NCBI GenBank assembly: GCA_964247135.1
Contig: CAXTTL010000105.1
Location: 1-16,188, forward strand
Source of the DNA: an uncultured Deinococcales bacterium
Lineage (GTDB): Bacteria > Deinococcota > Deinococci > Deinococcales > JAAFIG01
Length of the DNA stretch: 16,188 nucleotides
Direction of reading: 5' to 3'
Made by a program: the position numbers and the translations under genes. Shown here piece after piece: positions 8,086 through 16,090 of the stretch. The notes under the pieces are model-generated. The model was not told the DNA's origin, ran no database searches, and saw only the letters and a program-made list of their open reading frames with translations. Within the stretch, counting starts at the first letter, position 1; each line of letters starts with the position of its first letter.

Positions 8086-9093
8086 ATGAAGAAAATAGCC
8101 CTTGGTATGCTTGCAGCAGGTGCGCTCGTCACGGTTGCATTTTCGCAATCGCCAACCCCAATCGTGTTGTACTCGGCAATTGGATACGGACAAGCCGTTG
8201 CGGATGCGTTCACAAAATCGACTGGAATCCCCGTCAAACTCGTTGACCTTTCGACGGGTCCATTGGTGGCAAAAGTTCAGGCTGAAAAGCAAAACCCGCA
8301 GTGGAATCTGGTTTGGTTTGACGGGGCTGAAGCCATGCGCGATCTCGCAAACCAGGGCTTGCTCAAAAAAGGCTGGTCTCCTTCAGTCAAGTGGAACGCG
8401 CTTTCCAAACAAGTTCGACCTGTTGACAAGGCATATGTTCCAGGTGGTGTCACCCTTGCGGGTGTCTTTTTGGTCAACACCAAACTGGTCGCCGAAGACA
8501 AAACCCCGCAAAGCTGGCAAGACCTGACCAAACCCGAATGGAAAGGCTTGGTTGGGATGCCAAACCCAGCCGTATCAGGACCAACCTATCCGTTGGTGGC
8601 TGGCTTGATGCAATCCCTTGGTGGCATCGATCAGGGCAAGGCATTCTTGAGTTCGCTCAAAAACAACGGTCTTCAGGTTTTTGATACCGGCGGTCCTCTG
8701 GTCAAGCAATTGTACGCCGGTGCAATTGCCGTGGCGGCGACCCAGAGCACCCGAGGTGTGGCTGGTTTGGTCAATAAGGAAGCGGTGCGGGTTGTTTTTC
8801 CAAAAGGCGTCAGTTTGTTGCCCTCTGACTTTGGTCTGAGTGCCAAGTCAAGCCCAGAGGTGCTGGCTGCCAGCAAGCGTTTTATCGAGTTTTTCTTGTC
8901 GCCCGAAGGACAAAAGGTGGCGCTCGAATCTGGCGACAGCGACGGCTATTACTACCCCGTCGTCGAGGGTGTCAGCGCAAATCCGCTCGCCATGCCAATC
9001 GAAAAAATTCAGTATCAAAAGGTTGACCCTCTGATCTGGGGTCCACGCGAAGCCGAGATCAACACCTGGTTTGCGAATTCGATTGCCAGGTAA
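8086..9093 (+). CDS. ABC transporter substrate-binding protein (Fe3+/AfuA/2-AEP/thiamine-like cluster)
   Basis: GGAGG RBS before ATG 8086. Signal peptide MKKIALGMLAAGALVTVAFS. Motifs AEKQNPQWNLVW, PQSWQDLTKPEWKG, NPAVSG and FFLSPEGQ. Confidence 0.88.
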   Translation: MKKIALGMLAAGALVTVAFSQSPTPIVLYSAIGYGQAVADAFTKSTGIPVKLVDLSTGPLVAKVQAEKQNPQWNLVWFDGAEAMRDLANQGLLKKGWSPSVKWNALSKQVRPVDKAYVPGGVTLAGVFLVNTKLVAEDKTPQSWQDLTKPEWKGLVGMPNPAVSGPTYPLVAGLMQSLGGIDQGKAFLSSLKNNGLQVFDTGGPLVKQLYAGAIAVAATQSTRGVAGLVNKEAVRVVFPKGVSLLPSDFGLSAKSSPEVLAASKRFIEFFLSPEGQKVALESGDSDGYYYPVVEGVSANPLAMPIEKIQYQKVDPLIWGPREAEINTWFANSIAR

Positions 9094-9099
9094 GACCAA

Positions 9100-10866
9100 G
9101 TGGCTGCACCAAGGTTCAAACCTGCCAACCTGAGTGCCCGACCAAGATTTGGTCGGGCGTTTGCTCATTTTCCACAGAGGCTGCTGGCTTGGTTGGGTGG
9201 CTGGTTTGTGGCGCTTGCGGTTGGGGTATTGTTGGTGTTTCCGTTGGTCAGTTTCTTGTTGTTGTCGTTCATTCCAGGCTTGTTTGGTCAGGCAGGCGGT
9301 GGAATTGGTTCGTTTCAGCGGGCACTTGATGGTTACGCGCTCGAGGCATTGCGCAACACCATGTTTGTTGGCTTGGTTTCGGCGCTGCTGTCGGCGGTGA
9401 TGGGTGTGTGGTTGTCTTGGCTCCGACAGCGCACCGCTTTGCGTGAGGCGAGCGCCATCGAAGGTCTGATGTGGGTCTTGTTGCTCGCACCGTCCTATCT
9501 GATTTCGGTCGGTTGGATGACTCTGGTGCAGCGCGGTGGGGTGCTCTCGAGCCTGGGTTTCGAGTGGTCATGGTTGCGCGATTTGATTCTGGGTCCATGT
9601 GGTGTGGTGATCGTGCTGGCACTCAAACACTTGCCATTTGCCTATTTGGCAATCGCTCCAGGTTGGAACGCAGTTGGTGGCGAACTCGAGGAGGCATCAC
9701 AGGTGCATGGGGTGACGGCGCGGCGCAGCATGAGGCTGACCGCACAGTTGCTGACACCAGCCTTTACGGCTGCCTTCGCGGTTTGTTTTGCCGAATCGCT
9801 GGGTGATTTTGGTGTCGCCAGCACCTTGGCGGCAAACGCGCATTTTCCGGTGGCGACGTTTGCCATCTACCGTGCCCTGTACGCCAATCCACTCGATTTT
9901 CCGCTGGCTTCAGCTACAAGCTGGCTGCTGCTGATCGCCTCGGGTGTGGCACTGGCAATTCAGGCTCGGGTGGCGCGTCGCGCTCGAGCCTATGCTGCTT
10001 TTGGTGGACGCTCGAGACCACCACGTCGGGTACGCCTCTCAAGGTCTGGTGCGCTTGCCACCCGGGTTGGTTTGTCTGGCTTGGTCTTGCTGGCATTGGG
10101 GATTCCCGCACTTGGAACGCTGGCGAGCGCCTTCACCAACAAGCTCTCGGACGGGCTGAGCCTTCACAATTTGACGCTCGAGCATTTTGTTCGGGCGGCA
10201 CGGGTTGGTCTGTTTGGCTCGTTTTCATTTTCGGCGTCTATGGCTTTGATTGCGGCAACACTGGCGGTGCTGCTTGGTTTGGGTTTGGCGGGTTTGCTGT
10301 CTCGTCCAACGCCCCTGGCTCGAGGGCTTGATCTGGCACTGCTCGGTGCGATGGCATTGCCTGGGTTGGTGCTGGCGGCTGGGTATATCTTTGCCTTCAA
10401 TCAACCGTTCTTGCCCTTGTACGGAACACCCATGCTGTTGTGCGCCGCCTATGCGGCTGGGGGAATGCCTGCCACCAGCCGTCTGCTGCTGGGTCCAATC
10501 GCACAATTGCATCGCAGCCTTTCAGAATCGGCGCAAGTTCATGGTTTGCGTCCATTTTCGGTGTTGCGTTCGATCACCATGCCGTTGCTGGCAGTTCCAA
10601 TGTTTTCTGCCTGGTTGCTGGCGGCAACCCATGTCATGTTCGAGCTGCCGATGAGCGAGTTGCTCTATCCGCCCGGTTCGCCTCCATTGCCGGTGGCGCT
10701 CGTGACGTATACCAACAATTTTGAGTTTAGCTTAGGTGCTGCCCTGGAACTCGAGGCGGTTGCGCTGGTCTTGCTCGGGGTCATGCTGGCGCGTTGGTTG
10801 TTCGCCCGCCTGACGCCTCCTGGCTGGCGACGCGGTGCGCTTGAACCAAACGGGCGGCGGCAATGA
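9100..10866 (+). CDS. ABC transporter permease, fused double domain (FbpB/AfuB-like)
   Basis: About 12 TM segments with two EAA loops (LEEASQVHG, LSESAQVHG). GTG start 6 nt after the SBP stop. Confidence 0.9.
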   Translation: MAAPRFKPANLSARPRFGRAFAHFPQRLLAWLGGWFVALAVGVLLVFPLVSFLLLSFIPGLFGQAGGGIGSFQRALDGYALEALRNTMFVGLVSALLSAVMGVWLSWLRQRTALREASAIEGLMWVLLLAPSYLISVGWMTLVQRGGVLSSLGFEWSWLRDLILGPCGVVIVLALKHLPFAYLAIAPGWNAVGGELEEASQVHGVTARRSMRLTAQLLTPAFTAAFAVCFAESLGDFGVASTLAANAHFPVATFAIYRALYANPLDFPLASATSWLLLIASGVALAIQARVARRARAYAAFGGRSRPPRRVRLSRSGALATRVGLSGLVLLALGIPALGTLASAFTNKLSDGLSLHNLTLEHFVRAARVGLFGSFSFSASMALIAATLAVLLGLGLAGLLSRPTPLARGLDLALLGAMALPGLVLAAGYIFAFNQPFLPLYGTPMLLCAAYAAGGMPATSRLLLGPIAQLHRSLSESAQVHGLRPFSVLRSITMPLLAVPMFSAWLLAATHVMFELPMSELLYPPGSPPLPVALVTYTNNFEFSLGAALELEAVALVLLGVMLARWLFARLTPPGWRRGALEPNGRRQ

Positions 10867-11933
10867 GCGGTATTCGACTCGAGGGGGCTTGGAAACGATT
10901 TGGTGGTGTTCAAGCCCTGGCGGGGGTTGATTTGCGGGTTGAACCAGGTGAATTTGTGGTTCTGCTCGGACCGTCGGGTTCGGGCAAGACCACCCTTTTG
11001 CGGGCGCTGGCTGGACTCGAGCCGCTCGATCAAGGGCAGGTCTGGTTGGGTGAGCGTTTGGTCGAGGATGCCAAAACGGGTTTGCGCCTGCCGCCCGAAG
11101 GTCGAGGTTTGGGTATGGTGTTTCAAGAATACGCGCTGTGGCCACATCTCAGTGTGCTCGAGAATGTCGCCCTGCCGCTCCGAGAACGTCGGATTTTGGA
11201 TTGGAAACCCAGGGCGCTGGAGGTGTTAGAAAGCGTTAGTTTGGATCAATTGACGACCCGTTTTCCATTTGAACTCAGTGGTGGACAGCAGCAGAGGGTG
11301 GCTCTGGCTCGAGCGCTCGCCGCCCGACCCCAAGTGCTTTTGTTCGACGAACCGCTCTCCAACCTCGACGCCCAATTGCGGGACGAGTTGCGCCTCGAGA
11401 TTGCTCGCTTGACCCGTACCCACGAGATCAGTGCCGTTTATATCACCCACGATCAATCGGAAGCATTTTTTCTGGCAGACCGCTTGGGTGTGATGTGCAA
11501 CGGGCAACTGGTTCAATTTGATCTACCAGAACGTGTTTACGCCGCGCCTGCGACTCCTTTTGTGGCGCATTTCACTGGGGCGCTCGGCAACCTCGAGGCA
11601 CAATTACACGGTCTTGACTTGCGGTTTCTTGGGTTGCAACTTGCGCTTCCAGCCTCTGATCCAAGCCCAAGTTACCCGCAGGGGCGGGTTCGGGTCAGCC
11701 TGCGTCCCGAAGCCTTGAGGGTACACCGCAGCCCGCAAGCGCAATCGCTTGAAGTCTCACTGCTTCATTGCGCCTACAGTGGCGGGCATTACCAGTGCTG
11801 GTTGGGTTTGCCTGACGGTGAACGCCTGCTCGCTCATAGCAATGAACGCCTGTCGAAACTTGGGCAGGTGTGGCTGACGTTTGATGCGGCGCGTTTGCTG
11901 ATTTTTAACTCAGATCCGAAGGGAGTAAGATGA
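10863..11933 (+). CDS. ABC transporter ATP-binding protein (FbpC/PotA-like)
   Basis: Walker A GPSGSGKT, signature LSGGQQQR, Walker B LLFDEP, H-loop ITHDQ and a C-terminal TOBE-like region. ATGA overlap with the permease stop. Confidence 0.93.
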   Translation: MSGIRLEGAWKRFGGVQALAGVDLRVEPGEFVVLLGPSGSGKTTLLRALAGLEPLDQGQVWLGERLVEDAKTGLRLPPEGRGLGMVFQEYALWPHLSVLENVALPLRERRILDWKPRALEVLESVSLDQLTTRFPFELSGGQQQRVALARALAARPQVLLFDEPLSNLDAQLRDELRLEIARLTRTHEISAVYITHDQSEAFFLADRLGVMCNGQLVQFDLPERVYAAPATPFVAHFTGALGNLEAQLHGLDLRFLGLQLALPASDPSPSYPQGRVRVSLRPEALRVHRSPQAQSLEVSLLHCAYSGGHYQCWLGLPDGERLLAHSNERLSKLGQVWLTFDAARLLIFNSDPKGVR

Positions 11934-11942
11934 TATTGTTCA

Positions 11943-11980
11943 ACAAAGCACTCGAGCCTCAGCACGCTCGAGTGCTTTGT
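11943..11980 (+). terminator. Perfect 15-bp stem hairpin after the ABC operon (terminator or mRNA stabiliser)
   Basis: ACAAAGCACTCGAGC (11943-11957), an 8-nt loop, then GCTCGAGTGCTTTGT (11966-11980). Starts 9 nt after the stop. Only a weak U-tract. Confidence 0.6.
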
Positions 11981-12028
11981 GATCTAGAATGAAGACCAGG
12001 ACAGGTTCTGAATGATTTGTCCAAGACT

Positions 12029-12048
12029 CAAAATTGAGATCAATTTTG
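12029..12048. promoter_or_regulatory. AT-rich 9-2-9 palindromic operator candidate
   Basis: CAAAATTGA-GA-TCAATTTTG is a perfect inverted repeat 24 nt before the ATG at 12073. A TAGAAT -10 candidate lies at 11985-11990. Confidence 0.5.
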
Positions 12049-12072
12049 TGACATGGCATGAGGGGTGGATTC

Positions 12073-12828
12073 ATGAGCGGATGGTTTTTATTTCTGGCAA
12101 CGTTCCTCGCAAGTGCAGTCGAGATGGTCGAAGCTTTGACCATCATCTTGGCAGTTGGTCTGACCCGAGGTTGGCGCTCCGCCCTGATCGGTACGACTGC
12201 GGCGCTGCTGGCATTGACCATCATCGTGGTTGTTTTTGGTCCCGCCCTCAGCCGGATTCCACTCGAGACTTTGCGCTTGGTGGTTGGCGGTCTGCTCTTG
12301 ATCTTTGGAGTCCAGTGGTGGCGCAAAGCGATCCTGCGTGCCAGCGGCTTCAAAGCCCTCCATGACGAAGATGCAACCTTTGTTGAGGAAACCGAAACCG
12401 CCAAACATCAACCACAAGATCAGCGCATTGGTCTTGATTGGTACGGCTTTACCTTGAGTTTTAAAAGCGTTTTGCTCGAAGGACTCGAGGTGGCATTCAT
12501 TGTCGTGACCTTTGGCGCAAGTGCGCAACGGGTTGATCTTGCCGCGCTCGGTGCTGTTGCCGCATTGTTGATCGTTTTATTGGCAGGTGTGTTGTTGCAC
12601 AAACCCCTCAGCCTCGTGCCAGAAAACACCCTGAAATTTGCGGTTGGTTTGATGCTTTCGAGCTTCGGGACATTCTGGGCTGCCGAAGGCGCGGGCGCAC
12701 ATTGGCTCGGCAACGACGCTTCAATCCTTGGGATATTGTTGGTCTATTCACTTGCATCATTTGTCTATGTCACAGTGCTGCGCCGCGAAAAACTGGCTCG
12801 AGTGACACTCAAAGAGGTGAGCGCATGA
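12073..12828 (+). CDS. COG4280-type membrane protein (putative metal transporter with duplicated ExxE motifs)
   Basis: GAGGGG RBS. Internal duplication with FLASAVEMVEALTI and FKSVLLEGLEVAFI. Also QWWRKAILR and VPENTLKFAVG. Multi-pass hydrophobic protein. Confidence 0.8.
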   Translation: MSGWFLFLATFLASAVEMVEALTIILAVGLTRGWRSALIGTTAALLALTIIVVVFGPALSRIPLETLRLVVGGLLLIFGVQWWRKAILRASGFKALHDEDATFVEETETAKHQPQDQRIGLDWYGFTLSFKSVLLEGLEVAFIVVTFGASAQRVDLAALGAVAALLIVLLAGVLLHKPLSLVPENTLKFAVGLMLSSFGTFWAAEGAGAHWLGNDASILGILLVYSLASFVYVTVLRREKLARVTLKEVSA

Positions 12829-13034
12829 AGTACCTGCTTGGCTTCCTCGGTTTTTGGTACGACTTTATCGTTGGTGATGACTGGACGGTGGCAGTTGCTG
12901 TCGTTTTTGCCTTGATTCTCACTGCGTTGATGGCGCGTCTCGAGTTTGCTTGGTTGGTACTGCCGGTGGTGGTGCTTGGATTTCTGGGTGTGAGTCTTTG
13001 GAAAATCACCAGCAAACTAACGAACAAATCATGA
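12825..13034 (+). CDS. Small 69-aa two-TM membrane protein (FWYDFIVGDDW motif)
   Basis: GAGGTG RBS and ATGA overlap with the upstream stop. Reads MKYLLGFLGFWYDFIVGDDWTVAVAVV, followed by two hydrophobic helices. Confidence 0.75.
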   Translation: MKYLLGFLGFWYDFIVGDDWTVAVAVVFALILTALMARLEFAWLVLPVVVLGFLGVSLWKITSKLTNKS

Positions 13035-13751
13035 ACTGCCATGAGCGCGACCACGAACGAGACCAGCGTACCCATAGAAAGCCACCCTGAACGCTCGAGA
13101 GGTCATGGCGTACCTTGTAGAGCTTGTACAGGCTTGACCGACCAATGAGGGGCATTCCCAAATAAAACGAAAATGCGGTTGCGGTCACGCGGTTCAATGC
13201 AGTCAGCATCCCACCGACAATGCTTGCATCAGACCTCGAGATACCAGGAATGAGGGCAACCGTTTGAGTCAGACAGGTGGCCAACGCCCGAACGGGTGTG
13301 ATTGCGTCAAAATCGGGCTGGAGCAGGTTTTCACTGCTGTCATCGTGAACAGCTTTTATTTGCTGCATTTCGATCCACCACAACAAAAACCTACCCACCA
13401 TCAGACTGAGTGCCATCGTGAAAGGCGACAATGATTTTTCTTCGATGGTTTTCTCGAATGCCAAACCAATCAGTGCCGCTGGGATTGTGGCAATCACCAA
13501 GTTCAGCCAAAACGCCGAGTACCACGCGACCCTTGAAACAATCTCGAGATGCGTTTGAGCAAATCTTGGCGGTAATACCAGACGACTGTTAGAATTGCAC
13601 CAATTTGAATCACCACCGTGAAAGTTGCAGCCGTGTCACATTAACCAATCAGGTACTCTGCGACAATCAGATGTCCCGTGCTTGAGATTGGCAGGAATTC
13701 GGTCAGCCCCTCGAGAATACCGAGGAGAACAGCTTGGAAGACTGGCTTCAT
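13030..13751 (-). pseudogene. uppP: Undecaprenyl-diphosphate phosphatase (BacA/UppP) pseudogene
   Basis: Starts [28 protein letters not shown] (BacA motif). In-frame TAA at 13641-13643. One-base deletion in the run at 13509-13512 (RF/WLNL). PGISRSD replaces PGxSRSG. A second frameshift near 13080 precedes GTLVSFVVAL. The C-terminus is missing. Confidence 0.92.
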
Positions 13752-14428
13752 ACATGTACCTCGAGTTTGGATTGAATATGTCCTGGAGGCAACCACAATG
13801 TCACGATGCTGACCCAAACGATAGAGAGAAGGCTGCCCGCGATCACATCTGACGGATAATGCACCCCCAAATACAACCTCGAGAGACTCACCGCTAGGGT
13901 AAAGCCCAAACCGAGCACCATTACCAGAGAGCGCCAGCGTGTCTGCCAGAGCAAAACGATCAATGCCAAGACCACCGCCATACTGCCCATCGCATGTCCG
14001 CTTGGAAAACCAAAATCATGCTCGGGAATCAAACGCGCCCAGAGTTCTGGTCGTGAGCGCTGAAACAAGAGTTTTAATGCCACGTTCATGGCTGCCGCGC
14101 CACCACTCGAGAGGGCTAAAAAAATGGTCTCTTGTGGAAACCCTCGAAACCATAAGACAAACAACAACACAATCACAAATCCAACCACCGAACGAACGTC
14201 ACCCACGTGGGTGATGGCAAGCATGATCTTGTCCAGGTTCGGCGTGGCTTGAGCGTGAATGGTCTTGAGGACAGACACATCCCAAGCGAATGCCTCATGT
14301 TTGAGGAGGTCTTCGGCAATCGTAGCAAAGACCAGGAGCGGCATAACAATACCCAAGGCAGCAACCATCCATTTTCGCCCATGCGTTTTGAAGGTTTGAA
14401 GCAGACTCGAGGGTGGACGGACGATCAT
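13748..14428 (-). CDS. PAP2-family membrane phosphatase (probable undecaprenyl-pyrophosphate/lipid phosphate phosphatase)
   Basis: Catalytic motifs [14 protein letters not shown] and [20 protein letters not shown]. The stop overlaps the uppP ATG. Confidence 0.92.
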   Translation of the reverse strand: MIVRPPSSLLQTFKTHGRKWMVAALGIVMPLLVFATIAEDLLKHEAFAWDVSVLKTIHAQATPNLDKIMLAITHVGDVRSVVGFVIVLLFVLWFRGFPQETIFLALSSGGAAAMNVALKLLFQRSRPELWARLIPEHDFGFPSGHAMGSMAVVLALIVLLWQTRWRSLVMVLGLGFTLAVSLSRLYLGVHYPSDVIAGSLLSIVWVSIVTLWLPPGHIQSKLEVHV

Positions 14429-14484
14429 GACTTCCTCCAGACTCGAGCTTTTGAATCACGTTGGCTCGAGGTTGTTCGGGATGG

Positions 14485-14516
14485 ACTTTATAGATTTGAG
14501 GTTTGGGTTTGGTAAA
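14485..14516 (-). promoter_or_regulatory. Tandem-repeat box plus -10 element for the PAP2-uppP operon
   Basis: TTTACCAAACCCAAACC (14516-14500), 9 nt, then TAAAGT (14490-14485). Region 14498-14521 matches 1593-1616 at 21 of 24 nt. Confidence 0.7.
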
Positions 14517-14553
14517 GAAAAATTCAACCCAGACGGGGGAATCTGGGCTGAAT
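14514..14553 (-). terminator. Rho-independent terminator of the fasciclin gene
   Basis: Minus strand ATTCAGCCCAGA-TTCCCCCG-TCTGGGTTGAAT is a 12-bp stem with one G-U pair, followed by TTTTCTTT, 28 nt after the stop. Confidence 0.8.
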
Positions 14554-14581
14554 CGTTGAACTCAAGATCAGATTGCTTGGG

Positions 14582-15076
14582 TTATTTCATTGCTTTGGGC
14601 ATCAGAACGGTGTCGATCACGTGAATCACGCCGTTGCTGGCGACAATATCTGCCTTCGTGACCTTGGCGTTGTTGATCTCGAGTACCTTGCCCATGACCG
14701 AAATGTTCAGGTCAGAACCTTGAACGGTTTTGGCGGTCTTGCCGTTCATCTTCATCGCGTCAACCGCCATGACGGTTCCAGACACAACGTGGTAGGTCAG
14801 CACTTTGGTCAGTTCTGCTTTGTTTTTCAGCAGGGCGGCAAGGTCAGCTTTTTTGATTTTGGCGAACGCCGCGTTGGTCGGTGCAAAGACCGTAAATGGA
14901 CCTTTGCCCTCGAGGGTCTTCACCAGACCTGCCGCCGTCAGTGCTGTCACCAGCGTACTGAACTGCGGGTCTGATGAGGCAACCTGCACGATGTTGAGCG
15001 AGGCGGCGCTGGTTTGGAACAAAACGGCGGGCATAAAAGCGGCGAGGGCAATGCCTACGAGTGCGAATTTTTTCAT
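14582..15076 (-). CDS. Secreted fasciclin (FAS1) domain protein
   Basis: Signal peptide. H1 motif GPFTVFAPTNAAF, LTYHVV, and H2 motif DIVASNGVIHVIDTVL. GGAGG RBS. Confidence 0.95.
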   Translation of the reverse strand: MKKFALVGIALAAFMPAVLFQTSAASLNIVQVASSDPQFSTLVTALTAAGLVKTLEGKGPFTVFAPTNAAFAKIKKADLAALLKNKAELTKVLTYHVVSGTVMAVDAMKMNGKTAKTVQGSDLNISVMGKVLEINNAKVTKADIVASNGVIHVIDTVLMPKAMK

Positions 15077-15209
15077 GGTTTCCTCCAGGTGAAGCGGTTG
15101 GTTTCGTATGCCGTGATTGATAAGAATGACTTGTTGAGATCACTCGAGGATACGGGTCTCGAGGAGGAATTGGTGCGTTAGACCGTATTCAGTTCAGGCT
15201 CGAACTGAC

Positions 15210-15530
15210 TTATTTGAAGACCACGTATTGCTCGATTTTGGGCCACAATTTTTTACCCGTGACCTCAATTTTGATCATAAATTCTTTACCGTCCTTGTAC
15301 GGACGGTTCAGAATCACGTCGTTGGCGATGCTGGTGACAAAACCTGGCAAGCACTTCATCTGCTCGAGCGGCGCTTTGTTGATGTTGACTTTGGCTTTTA
15401 GAACGGCAACGCAGTTGGTGGCGGCAATCGTTGGTGCGGGTTTGGTTGCGGGCGTTTTTGTTGTGGTCTGTGCGAGGGCGATTCCGGCAACGAGGGCAAG
15501 TGGAGCGAGGATAAACGTCATTTTTTTCAT
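15210..15530 (-). CDS. Secreted helix-hairpin-helix protein (ComEA/PsbU-like)
   Basis: GAAGGA RBS before ATG 15530. Signal peptide MKKMTFILAPLALVAGIALA, a Thr/Pro/Ala linker, then KVNINKAPLEQMKCLPGF..IANDVILNRPYK. Confidence 0.8.
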   Translation of the reverse strand: MKKMTFILAPLALVAGIALAQTTTKTPATKPAPTIAATNCVAVLKAKVNINKAPLEQMKCLPGFVTSIANDVILNRPYKDGKEFMIKIEVTGKKLWPKIEQYVVFK

Positions 15531-15585
15531 GATTTCCTTCTTTCTTTCTGAGCGACAAAGATCATGGTCTGGGTCGGACGAGATG

Positions 15586-15617
15586 AGCTTGACATTGAAT
15601 GGTTGAGATTCGGTATA
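15586..15617 (-). promoter_or_regulatory. Tandem-repeat box plus extended -10 for the HhH gene
   Basis: TATACCGAATCTCAACC (15617-15601; 15 of 17 nt match the box at 1595-1611), then ATTCAA-TGT-CAAGCT. Confidence 0.72.
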
Positions 15618-15688
15618 GCGGTTTGGGTTCATGAATTTGAGGCGTTGTACTCGAGTTTTTCTGAACAACAAGCTCGAGATCAATGCTT

Positions 15689-16090
15689 TTATTTCAGGGA
15701 GTCAATCACCGCGAGCATGTCCTCGAGTGCTTTGACACAGAGTGCCTTGTCGGGTTTGTCTGCCCGCAACTCGAACAAAACCCGATCAAGCGCCAGGTCA
15801 AGTTTGCGCCAACTGACCGTGTTCAGTTTTTTGAGTTTATTGGCTGAAACATTCCAAGCGCTTTCCATGTCTGTGATGCGCTTTTCTGAGGCTTTCAAAT
15901 TGCCAGTCTTGGCAATTTTTAAGCTGTCATCTGCGATCACACGGAATTTACTCAGGTCGCCCAAAGGGGCTTTCGCCTGTGATTGACCGATCCTGGCGGT
16001 TTGTGGTGTTGGGGTTGCAAAACCATTTGTTTGAGCGAACACAATGAGGCTCGAGGCGAGCATGGCAATGGTCAAGAGTTGTTTTTTCAT
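15689..16090 (-). CDS. Secreted all-helical hypothetical protein (LGDLSxFR family)
   Basis: AGGA RBS before ATG 16090 and a signal peptide. The pattern LGDLSKFRVIADD..RITDMESAW..W..LD.ALD..L..LRA resembles a conserved secreted helical family recalled as neighbouring or fused to COG4705 membrane proteins. Confidence 0.75.
   Translation of the reverse strand: MKKQLLTIAMLASSLIVFAQTNGFATPTPQTARIGQSQAKAPLGDLSKFRVIADDSLKIAKTGNLKASEKRITDMESAWNVSANKLKKLNTVSWRKLDLALDRVLFELRADKPDKALCVKALEDMLAVIDSLK

Noticed and set aside
13006-13500. 164-aa ORF as an independent intact gene
   Set aside because: It is the middle fragment of the frameshifted uppP pseudogene.
15189-15208. TCAGTTC/GAACTGA hairpin after the HhH gene as a terminator
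   Set aside because: The 7-bp stem is weak and there is no U-tract on the minus strand.
15531-15683. N-terminal extensions in the ORF track (15683, 16150, 7990, 12702, 1375 starts)
   Set aside because: Downstream starts have clear RBSs, and most are followed directly by signal peptides. The 15683 extension would overlap a predicted promoter.
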